Assembly: GCA_003233095.1 (NCBI GenBank)
Contig: QIKT01000183.1
Location: 8,145 to 72,144, forward strand
Length of the DNA stretch: 64,000 nt
Direction: 5' to 3'
DNA from: Oceanospirillales bacterium
GTDB taxonomy: Bacteria; Pseudomonadota; Gammaproteobacteria; Xanthomonadales; SZUA-38
Positions 9,645 through 17,393 of the stretch are shown one piece after another; the stretch's first letter is position 1; every line of letters starts with the position of its first letter. The notes under the pieces were generated by a model. The model did not search any database. It saw only the letters and a list, made by a program, of their open reading frames with translations, and was not told the origin of the DNA. The translations under genes and the position numbers were made by a program.

Positions 9645-11546
9645 ATGACCCATCGTCAGAATTTCGTCTACTCAGATCTCGTCACACGCTGCCTGAAACC
9701 GGTTGCAGCACTATGTCTGATTCCGCTGTTGGCCGCCTGCCAACCCGCTTCCGATTCGTCATCATCAGCTGACATGTCAACCGAACCGGACAGCACACCC
9801 ACTATGGCCTCAACAGCAACGCCGACTGCAGAGCAGGCTGATCAGTTCATTAACACGGCAGAAAAAGAGCTGTCAGCACTGGCCATCGACGCCACCCGGG
9901 CCGCCTGGATTCAGAACAACTTCATTACCTACGATTCCAACCAGATCGCCGCCAGGACCGCCGAGCTGTACACCGCGACCGCTGTCGGCTTTGCTTCGAA
10001 CGCTGCTCAGTTCAATGCCCTGGATCTGGATGATGACGTGCGTCGCAAGCTCAACAAGCTGAAAACCTCACTGACGCTGCCTGCGCCTCAGGATCAGGCC
10101 AAGACCAGCGAACTGGCTACCATCGCCAGCGAGCTGTCCTCGCTGTATGGCCAGGGCGAATACTGCCGCGACTCAGGTGAATGCTGGAGCCTGGGGCAAA
10201 TGACCGAACAGCTGGCCAATGCTCGCAATGCCGAACTGCTGGAAGAAATCTGGGTCGGCTGGCGCGGCGTCTCTCCACCCATGCGTCAGCAGTATCAACG
10301 CATGGTCGAGATCGCCAACGAGGGCGCTGTCGACCTGGGCTATAACGATGTCGGGGAACTGTGGCGATCGTCCTATGACATGGACCCGAATGAATTCGCC
10401 GGTGAAATGGACCGTCTCTGGGGGCAGGTCAAGCCGCTCTATGACGCCCTGCACTGCCATGTGCGAGCCGGCTTGAATGACCATTATGGCGATGAAATCG
10501 TCCCTGCCAACGGACCGATACCAGCTCACCTTCTTGGCAACATGTGGGCGCAGTCCTGGGGCAACATCTACCCGCTGGTCGCGCCAGAAGATGCCGACCC
10601 CGGCTATGACCTGACCCAGCAGATTCTCGACAGCGGCATGAGCGAAATCGACATGGTCCGCAGTGCCGAAGGCTTTTTCACCTCGCTCGGTTTCGACGCC
10701 CTGCCAGAGACATTCTGGGACCGCTCGCTATTCGTCAAACCGGCTGATCGCGATGTCGTCTGTCACGCCAGCGCCTGGGATGTTGATCAGGTGGACGATC
10801 TTCGTATCAAGATGTGCATCCAGAAAAACGGCGAAGACTTCTCCACCATCCATCACGAACTGGGCCACAACTTCTACCAGCGCGCTTACAACACGCAACC
10901 CTTTCTGTTCCAGGAATCGGCCAATGATGGTTTCCACGAAGCCATCGGTGACACCATTGCCCTGTCAGTCACACCGAAGTATCTTAAGCAGATTGGTCTG
11001 ATCGAAGAGATTCCGGACGCCTCCAAAGATATCGGCCTGCTGCTCAATATGGCGCTGGAGAAGATCGCCTTCGTACCGTTTGGTCTGATGGTCGACAAGT
11101 GGCGCTGGCAGGTCTTCAGCGGTGAGACTGCCCCTGGCGACTACAACGCCGACTGGTGGGCCTTGCGCACCCAATACCAGGGCATCGTGCCACCGGTACC
11201 ACGTTCGGAGTCCGACTTTGACCCGGGCGCCAAGTATCACATCCCCGGTAATACGCCTTACTCTCGTTATTTCCTCGCGCACATTTTGCAGTTTCAGTTC
11301 CACAAGGCGCTGTGCGAGATTGCCGGTAACACCGAACCACTTCACCGTTGTTCGATTTATGGCAATGCCGAAGCCGGGCGTCGTCTGAACGCCATGTTGG
11401 AGATGGGTTCATCGCAGCCCTGGCCGGACGCGATGGAAACCCTGACCGGCACCCGCAACATGGACGCCAGTGCGATCATGGACTACTTCGCGCCACTGAA
11501 AACCTGGCTCGATGAGCAAAACCGGGGACGGGAGTGTGGTTGGTAA
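9645..11546 (+). CDS. Peptidyl-dipeptidase, M2 (angiotensin-converting-enzyme-like) family lipoprotein
   Basis: HHELGHNFY zinc motif plus a downstream EAIGD. GGGAG lies 7 nt upstream of ATG 9645. Lipobox LIPLLAAC. About 630 aa, like the Xanthomonas ACE homologue. Confidence 0.85.
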   Translation: MTHRQNFVYSDLVTRCLKPVAALCLIPLLAACQPASDSSSSADMSTEPDSTPTMASTATPTAEQADQFINTAEKELSALAIDATRAAWIQNNFITYDSNQIAARTAELYTATAVGFASNAAQFNALDLDDDVRRKLNKLKTSLTLPAPQDQAKTSELATIASELSSLYGQGEYCRDSGECWSLGQMTEQLANARNAELLEEIWVGWRGVSPPMRQQYQRMVEIANEGAVDLGYNDVGELWRSSYDMDPNEFAGEMDRLWGQVKPLYDALHCHVRAGLNDHYGDEIVPANGPIPAHLLGNMWAQSWGNIYPLVAPEDADPGYDLTQQILDSGMSEIDMVRSAEGFFTSLGFDALPETFWDRSLFVKPADRDVVCHASAWDVDQVDDLRIKMCIQKNGEDFSTIHHELGHNFYQRAYNTQPFLFQESANDGFHEAIGDTIALSVTPKYLKQIGLIEEIPDASKDIGLLLNMALEKIAFVPFGLMVDKWRWQVFSGETAPGDYNADWWALRTQYQGIVPPVPRSESDFDPGAKYHIPGNTPYSRYFLAHILQFQFHKALCEIAGNTEPLHRCSIYGNAEAGRRLNAMLEMGSSQPWPDAMETLTGTRNMDASAIMDYFAPLKTWLDEQNRGRECGW

Positions 11547-11556
11547 ACCTGCTCTG

Positions 11557-11586
11557 AGCACTGACCGGTGAAGGCCGGTCAGTGCT
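11557..11586. terminator. Bidirectional hairpin terminator
   Basis: AGCACTGACCGG-(6 nt)-CCGGTCAGTGCT perfect 12-bp stem followed by TTT. It sits between the convergent M2 peptidase stop (11546) and the small-ORF stop (11597). Confidence 0.65.
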
Positions 11587-11596
11587 TTCGGTCGTA

Positions 11597-11743
11597 TCAA
11601 ATACCCTTAACGACCGCCTCTTTGGCCTGACGGATATGACGCAGTGCATCCGCGCGATGCCCGCCCTTGTCGGTCGAAGCCCGCTCAAGTTGTCGCTCCG
11701 CTGCTTCCGGTGTTGTGAGTCGAAGCACCGTCTTTTCTCTCAT
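11597..11743 (-). CDS. Hypothetical small helical protein (48 aa), not in the ORF track
   Basis: AGGAG 8 nt upstream of the ATG. Translation: MREKTVLRLTTPEAAERQLERASTDKGGHRADALRHIRQAKEAVVKGI. Ends 10 nt before the terminator hairpin and starts 60 nt downstream of the 239-aa gene. Confidence 0.35.
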   Translation of the reverse strand: MREKTVLRLTTPEAAERQLERASTDKGGHRADALRHIRQAKEAVVKGI

Positions 11744-11802
11744 GGATCAAACTCCTGTAGCTGTACTCAAACAACGAGCCACGCTGGTCCAGGTTGGCAG
11801 GA

Positions 11803-12522
11803 CTACTTCCAGCCGCACGCTACGATCGACAGCAGTAACTTGCACCGAACCTTGATGCCCTGAGCCGTTGTAAATCCAAACTCCGGGGTGATCTTGTCCC
11901 AGTTGCGCTGCACCGCACCGGTAAACCCTGACGGATAGAAGCGGATATTCAGTTCGCCATCGGCCAACGGCAATCGGGGCAAGTTGGATGACAAGACATC
12001 CTCGGCGGTCAGGCTGATCATGCGCGAAATCGGCAGCGTCGTCTCAAAGGGCTCGATTGCATGCAGGAATTCAAAATCAGGCTCGTTCAGACTGTATTGG
12101 TTCAATGAGCCGAGAATCTGGGCGCTGCTGATCACCGGCGCGTTGAGTCGAATAGACGCCGCGGGCTGGACTGACTGATCCGACACGGGTGCTGATGTGG
12201 GTTCTTCCAGAGGCAGCTGAACGGGTGAGGCATCCTGTGCGGCTGGCGCCAATTCCTCAGCAATGGGTGCCTCCTCAATTGGCGATTCTGGCTGGATGAT
12301 CGACTCACTCACCGGCTCTGCAATGACGTCCTCTGGCAATGGTCGAGGAGGCGCCACTGTCTCCAGCTGTACCTGCAACGATATCTCTTGTGACAAGCGA
12401 CCGACAATCTGTTTGAAATCAATCTGATCAATCAACAGGCACAGCAGAGCCAGACTGAGGATAAACAGACCGGTCAGTCGTTGGTGATCAGAGGGCATCA
12501 TGTGTCGGAAGCTGGCGTCCAT
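11803..12522 (-). CDS. Hypothetical membrane-anchored protein (TM, then acidic/proline-rich linker, then globular C-terminal domain)
   Basis: 239-aa ORF. N-terminal TM segment LTGLFILSLALLCLLI, a P/E-rich spacer, and a C-terminal domain of about 110 aa in no family I recognise. Confidence 0.5.
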   Translation of the reverse strand: MDASFRHMMPSDHQRLTGLFILSLALLCLLIDQIDFKQIVGRLSQEISLQVQLETVAPPRPLPEDVIAEPVSESIIQPESPIEEAPIAEELAPAAQDASPVQLPLEEPTSAPVSDQSVQPAASIRLNAPVISSAQILGSLNQYSLNEPDFEFLHAIEPFETTLPISRMISLTAEDVLSSNLPRLPLADGELNIRFYPSGFTGAVQRNWDKITPEFGFTTAQGIKVRCKLLLSIVACGWK

Positions 12523-12547
12523 CGGCGTTGGTGAGTGACTACATGTT

Positions 12548-12580
12548 CAGGGAGCCTCTGAACAAATCGATCAGGCTACC
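12548..12580 (+). repeat. Solo terminus/fragment of family B repeat
   Basis: TCAGGGAGCCTCTGAACAAATCGATCAGGCT matches the B left terminus and first arm bases. Similarity then decays. Confidence 0.45.
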
Positions 12581-12889
12581 GCAACATCAGGGTTCGGATC
12601 GAATGCCGGATGTCATCCTGTCACTGAAGGCGAGCATTCTATTGCGTCTGACCGCGTATCTCTCGGTCAAACAGCCCCCGGATATTCACTCAGAATAACT
12701 AGTCGAGGATTAAAATTACGTTCTGAATGCATTAAATACGGTCGCCTGATCTGCGAGATGAATCCGGCCTTGTAGTTGCTGCGTAAATCATGCAGCATCA
12801 TGCGCAGCAGCAGCCCCGTGCAGGACACCCTGATTGCACGTTCATCAGTCAGGTCATTTTCAGAGGGATCGAAGAGACTTCAGCACACC

Positions 12890-14482
12890 ATGTACGACTA
12901 CATCATTATTGGCGCCGGATCGGCAGGCTGCGTTCTGGCCAACCGGCTCAGCGAGAACCCGTCCAATCGCATTCTCTTGCTCGAAGCGGGAGGCCGTGAC
13001 TGGCACCCATTCATTCATATGCCTGCTGGTCTGGCTCGGCTCGCCTCCAACAAGCGCATCAACTGGAATTATTATACCCAGCCTGAGCCAGCGCTGAACA
13101 ATCGTCGCCTTTACTGGCCCAGAGGCAAGGTGCTGGGCGGATCCAGTTCTATCAACGCCATGTGCTACGCCCGTGGCCACCGACTGGATTATGATTTCTG
13201 GGCAGAATCCGGCAACACAGGCTGGAGCTATCAGGACGTTCTGCCATATTTTCGAAAATCGGAGAACCAGACTCGCGGTGAGTCTCGTTATCACGGCGAA
13301 GGCGGTCCACTTAACGTTCAGGACCTGAGGTATCACAACCTGCTCTCTGACGTGTTTCTCGAAGCAACAGCCGAACTGGGCTATCCGCAGAACAACGACT
13401 TCAACGGCGCCGCACAGCGTGGATTCGGTTTTTACCAGGTCACCCAGATCAACTCTCGACGCTGCAGCACCGCCGTTGGTTATCTGAACAGCGTTCGCAA
13501 ACGCCCTAACCTGGAGATCCGCACCGGCGCCATGGTTCGCAGCCTCATCCTGGATGGACAACAGGTCACCGGAGTCAATTACTCACACGGTAAGCAGACT
13601 CATCGTGTGCATGCCAGCGCCGAGGTCATTCTCAGTGGTGGGGCGATCAATTCGCCACAGATTCTGATGCAATCCGGGATTGGTCCGGGAGACTCCCTGA
13701 CTGAGGCCGGTATCCAGGTCAAACATGAGCTGCCAGGTATCGGTCAGAACCTGCAGGATCATCTGGATATCTGCACGCTGTACGAATGCACCCAGGACAT
13801 CACCTATGACCGGCTCAACGAGATCACTGCTGGACTCAAGTATCTGTTTCTTCGTGACGGTCCTGCGACCTCCAATATCGCTGAAGCCGGTGGATTCATG
13901 GTGTCCTCGATCTCCGAGGACGAACGCCCAGACATCCAGTTTCATTTCGTACCAGCGCTGCTTGACGATCATGGACGAAATCGTCTGCCCGGAAACGGCA
14001 TGACCATGCACTGCTGCCCCTTACGACCCAAGTCCAGGGGACACATCCGACTGGATCCAGCGCAGCCCGATGGCGCTCCGCTGATCCATGCCAACTATCT
14101 GGATCATCCCTATGACCTGGACCTGATGGTTGAGTCGCATGAGGTGTGTGATCGCATCTTTCAGACCGACGCCTTCAAGCCCTATCGAGGCAACAGGATC
14201 ATTCCTGGACTCGAGACCAACAGCCGCGAACAAAAAGTCGAATACATCCGGGCGAAGGCAGAAACCATCTACCATCCGGTCGGCACCTGCAAGATGGGTC
14301 AGGACGACCTGTCAGTCGTGGATCATGAGCTGCGAGTACATGGCCTGAAAGGATTGCGGGTTGTCGATGCCTCGGTGATGCCGACACTGGTCTCTGGCAA
14401 CACCAACGCACCGACCATCATGATTGCCGAGAAGGCCGCTGACCTTATCCTCGGCCTGCAGGCCGAGGCCATGGCGTCCTGA
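12890..14482 (+). CDS. GMC family oxidoreductase (choline/alcohol dehydrogenase-like)
   Basis: MYDYIIIGAGSAGCVLANRLSE FAD-binding N-terminus and GMC signatures throughout. The track ORF carries a 38-codon TTG-initiated extension that I do not accept. Confidence 0.9.
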   Translation: MYDYIIIGAGSAGCVLANRLSENPSNRILLLEAGGRDWHPFIHMPAGLARLASNKRINWNYYTQPEPALNNRRLYWPRGKVLGGSSSINAMCYARGHRLDYDFWAESGNTGWSYQDVLPYFRKSENQTRGESRYHGEGGPLNVQDLRYHNLLSDVFLEATAELGYPQNNDFNGAAQRGFGFYQVTQINSRRCSTAVGYLNSVRKRPNLEIRTGAMVRSLILDGQQVTGVNYSHGKQTHRVHASAEVILSGGAINSPQILMQSGIGPGDSLTEAGIQVKHELPGIGQNLQDHLDICTLYECTQDITYDRLNEITAGLKYLFLRDGPATSNIAEAGGFMVSSISEDERPDIQFHFVPALLDDHGRNRLPGNGMTMHCCPLRPKSRGHIRLDPAQPDGAPLIHANYLDHPYDLDLMVESHEVCDRIFQTDAFKPYRGNRIIPGLETNSREQKVEYIRAKAETIYHPVGTCKMGQDDLSVVDHELRVHGLKGLRVVDASVMPTLVSGNTNAPTIMIAEKAADLILGLQAEAMAS

Positions 14483-14493
14483 GTCAGCCCCGG

Positions 14494-14651
14494 CAGCCTG
14501 TCGGGCTTAACATGATCGACTGCGGAAAATCCGAGTTTGGCCAGATTTCCGGATCTTTTTCGTAACATAGCGGTGCTATTCGCCTCAAAAGATCCAAAAA
14601 TCTGACTCAAATCGGCTTTCCCTCGTGACGACCCGTTAAGTCCGACAGGCT
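14494..14651 (-). repeat. Family A palindromic repeat, copy A1 (inverted relative to A2)
   Basis: 158 bp, about 90% identical by eye to the reverse complement of 17027-17184. Termini CAGCCTGTCGGGCTTAAC ... GTTAAGTCCGACAGGCT. Fills the gap between the convergent GMC and TlpA-like stops. Confidence 0.85.
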
Positions 14652-14652
14652 C

Positions 14653-15939
14653 CTAGTTGCCAGACTGAGAGCTGACAATCAGCTCAACTTGTTCGCGTAA
14701 CTCGCTCACCAACTGATCGAAGTAGACGCCGGTACCGGGCCCGGCAAAGCCTGAATGAATACTGACCACGTCATGATTGGCATCGAGAAAAATCGAGGTC
14801 GGATAGGCGACTACCTTGTCCAGGAAACCCAGCGCTGCTGCAGCATCAGACTTGTCGGTAGTGCCAGCCAGCAGCAGTGGGTAATCAATTCCGTGACGAT
14901 CTCTGAATTCAGCAATCTGCCGACGATCACGCTCGACATCCCCGGTGTATTCAAACGCCAATCCAATGATTTCAAGCCCCTGGGGGTGATAACGACGGTA
15001 CATGTCCGCCAGAACCGGGGCCTCGTCGTTGCAGTTCGGACACCAGCTTCCAAACAGGTTGACCAGCACAGGCTTTCCTGCAAACCGTTCATCGCCCAGG
15101 CTCACCAGCTTGCCTTCCAGGTCGTCAAAACTGAAATCAATGCGCTGATCTTCTGTGGTGATTTTGACCATGGACCAGGCATCTGGAAGAATATCGCTGA
15201 CATCCCGGGTTGATTCTCCCACCCAGGTGGCGTGATACGTATCGCGAGACCAGAAATCGCCATTCAATCGACCGGCATCATCCACAGACGCCTGAAACAG
15301 GAACGCATGAGCGCCATCGAAGGTCGACAGTCTCAGAGTTCTGCCGGTCACATCGCCAGACAGAAATCGATAGTCTCCGGTCGGGGTCATGAACGTCCCT
15401 CGCAGACTCTGTCCGTCCTGTTCAAACAGCCCAACCGCAGGCTCCGTGCCATCCTCATCGGTAAAGCTAACTTCCCAATTCCCGTCAACCCTGACCGGTT
15501 CCTGGCCCGCACTGGCTCCAGCCAGCGGCAAGAAACGTACCGGTGTTCCGCGGGTAGCATTAAAGGCCATGAGCGTGTCTTCATCGGCTGCGGTCTTGCG
15601 CCACTGACCTCGCATGACCGAACGATCTTCGGACAGCTCGGCCGTGATCTCCGAATCGAACCAGCTGAATGCCAGTACAATCCGATCCGCATCAAGCTGT
15701 ACATCACTGAACGGCGTCAGTTCATCACCGTTCACGATCACGCCACGATAGCCGTCTTCTGTTTCATGCAGTTCGAATACGAATGGCAATTCGCCACCGT
15801 CGGACGTCAGCACACCTCGCCATTGCCCGGTGATGGTTGTGCTGGCGGCATCGGGAGCTGGCTCGGCATCCTGATCCGACTGGCAGCCGACGAGCAGAAG
15901 GCTTGCAATGAGACAGAGCTTCCATCTTTTAGTGATCAC
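14653..15939 (-). CDS. TlpA/redoxin-family thiol:disulfide oxidoreductase lipoprotein with a duplicated N-terminal domain
   Basis: GTG start with GGGAG 9 nt upstream. Lipobox LLLVGC. C-terminal thioredoxin fold with a WCPNC active site. Two N-terminal modules of about 95 aa are similar to each other. Confidence 0.8.
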   Translation of the reverse strand: MITKRWKLCLIASLLLVGCQSDQDAEPAPDAASTTITGQWRGVLTSDGGELPFVFELHETEDGYRGVIVNGDELTPFSDVQLDADRIVLAFSWFDSEITAELSEDRSVMRGQWRKTAADEDTLMAFNATRGTPVRFLPLAGASAGQEPVRVDGNWEVSFTDEDGTEPAVGLFEQDGQSLRGTFMTPTGDYRFLSGDVTGRTLRLSTFDGAHAFLFQASVDDAGRLNGDFWSRDTYHATWVGESTRDVSDILPDAWSMVKITTEDQRIDFSFDDLEGKLVSLGDERFAGKPVLVNLFGSWCPNCNDEAPVLADMYRRYHPQGLEIIGLAFEYTGDVERDRRQIAEFRDRHGIDYPLLLAGTTDKSDAAAALGFLDKVVAYPTSIFLDANHDVVSIHSGFAGPGTGVYFDQLVSELREQVELIVSSQSGN

Positions 15940-16082
15940 AATTGTTGACTCCCGTTTCGTAAAGGCGGTGGCTCAGAACATGGTCCTGTTATGGTGCCAA
16001 CCCTGAGTAATGAGGACTGAACACTGGATTTCCAGTCATCAGAGACTATGATAGCCGTAAGATCACTCTGGATGATAGCGAC

Positions 16083-16865
16083 ATGAAACGATTCGCCCTG
16101 GCAGTCTTTGCGACGACACTGATTCTTGATGCACATGCCGAAACATTCGATGTCTCGGTGACCAGCAACCGCTTTACCCCAAATAATTTGACCATTTCAG
16201 TCGGAGACACGGTCCGCTGGACCAACAATGGCGGTTTTCACGATGTGGTCGAGGACAACGCCGCCTTCTCCTCCGGCTCTCCTGCGGGACCTGGCTGGGT
16301 GTTTGAAAGAACCTTCCAGAGCGAAGCTGAAATTCTCTACCACTGCACGGTTCACAGTGCACCCGGACGCCCCATCAATACATCCATGAATGGCCGCATC
16401 AACGTGGTCGCATCCAATGGTTTTGTCATCAACCAGGGCATTTCTGGCGCCTGGTTGAATGCCGATACAGAGGGTCAGGGTTTTCTGTTCGACGTCGACC
16501 CGGACAGCAATTTTCTGTTCGCAGCGTGGTTTACCTATCAGAGTGACGCAACCGCAGTACGAGTCGGCAGTGACGGTCAGCGCTGGCTGACTATTCAGGG
16601 CACCTATGATGGCCCCGGAGGCAGCTTGCCTATCTCCTCGACCAGCGGCGGCAGCTTCAATGCTGCAACTACCACCAACACGGTCCAGGTCGGCACGGCC
16701 ACGATCGAATTCACCGACTGCAGCAATGGCACGATCAGCTACGACCTGACTGACGAAGCCTTGACTGGCAGCATTGCCATCACCCGTCTGCTGCCGACCA
16801 CCAGCGCACTGTGTGAACAACTGAGTTCAGCCTCGGCGTCGTCGTCAGTGGTGGTTCAGAATTAG
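16083..16865 (+). CDS. Cupredoxin (plastocyanin-like) domain protein with an extra C-terminal domain
   Basis: Signal peptide present. Candidate type-1 copper ligands are FHDV ... YHCTVH ... SMNGRINV. The C-terminal domain of about 150 aa (GISGAWLNADTEGQGFLFDV...) has unknown function. Confidence 0.75.
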   Translation: MKRFALAVFATTLILDAHAETFDVSVTSNRFTPNNLTISVGDTVRWTNNGGFHDVVEDNAAFSSGSPAGPGWVFERTFQSEAEILYHCTVHSAPGRPINTSMNGRINVVASNGFVINQGISGAWLNADTEGQGFLFDVDPDSNFLFAAWFTYQSDATAVRVGSDGQRWLTIQGTYDGPGGSLPISSTSGGSFNAATTTNTVQVGTATIEFTDCSNGTISYDLTDEALTGSIAITRLLPTTSALCEQLSSASASSSVVVQN

Positions 16866-17026
16866 ACGCCTCTGAACCAGTACGGGCGCCGGTCGACTGA
16901 GGTGGCAAATACGCCCAATCAGTGCGCAGGAACTGGCGCATAGCTGAGCTATGACTCAGCTCTTGCTACACACAGAGGGCATGTTCGACACTCAAAACAA
17001 CCACTCATGGTTCAGAGCTTCCCCAG
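16866..17026 (+). repeat. Family B repeat, degenerate copy B2
   Basis: Starts directly after the cupredoxin stop. GCCTCTGAACCAGT ... AATACGCCC ... GCGCATAGCTGAGCTATGACTCAGCTC ... GGTTCAGAGCTTCCCCAG is colinear with B3 but more diverged. Confidence 0.55.
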
Positions 17027-17184
17027 CAGCCTGTCGGACTTGACGGGTGGTCACGAGGAAAAGTCGATTTGAGTCAGATGTTTCGATCTTTTGAGGCGAA
17101 TAGCACTGCCAGGCAACGAAAAAGATCCGGAAATCTGGCCAAACTCGGATTTTCCGCAGTCGATCATGTTAAGTCCGACAGGCT
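17027..17184 (+). repeat. Family A palindromic repeat, copy A2
   Basis: Termini CAGCCTGTCGGACTTGAC ... GTTAAGTCCGACAGGCT. Flanked on both sides by CCCCAG (17021-17026 and 17185-17190). Abuts B2. Confidence 0.85.
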
Positions 17185-17393
17185 CCCCAGAAAAACTTCG
17201 CCGTCACGGTCACATGACCCGATAGCTGGACTCTGCTTGTATCTTCAGGATCATCACAGGCCAATCCAATTGCCAGTGGTCCATAGTGATCGCGAAGGCC
17301 CTGGGAAATCTGCCGCTGCATCCACACCGGTCGCGTTCTGGACGAATCACATCAACGAGCTAACCTGCTGCTTGAGGCGGGCCACCAGCTCCA

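Noticed and set aside
12636-12659. ATTCTATTGCGT...GCGTAT, an 11/12 match to the second fadE operator half (ATACTATTGCGT), upstream of the GMC oxidoreductase
   Set aside because: Only one half-site matches and there is no dyad. A match of this quality is not statistically remarkable in 128 kb of two-strand sequence. It is kept only as a note for a future regulon scan.
12860-13561. Long antisense ORFs inside well-supported genes (also 7136-7690, 7979-8491, 15232-15948, 16197-16820, 20170-21069, 21286-21909, 40713-41426, 50236-50781)
   Set aside because: These are typical stop-poor shadow frames of GC-rich coding sequence. The translations are low-complexity or Arg/Ser/Pro-rich, with no recognisable domains or start signals.
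14323-14610. ORFs starting inside the repeats and sharing the peptide MSQ(I/M)F.SFEANSTA..RKRSGNLAKLGFSAVDHVK.DRLP (also 17069-17404; related cases at 3358-3681 and 58316-59077)
   Set aside because: The peptide conservation is fully explained by DNA identity of the A and B repeats. The ORFs run out of the repeat into unrelated antisense sequence, have different lengths at each locus and have no Shine-Dalgarno sequence. They are most likely non-coding, although expression of a repeat-encoded peptide cannot be strictly excluded.
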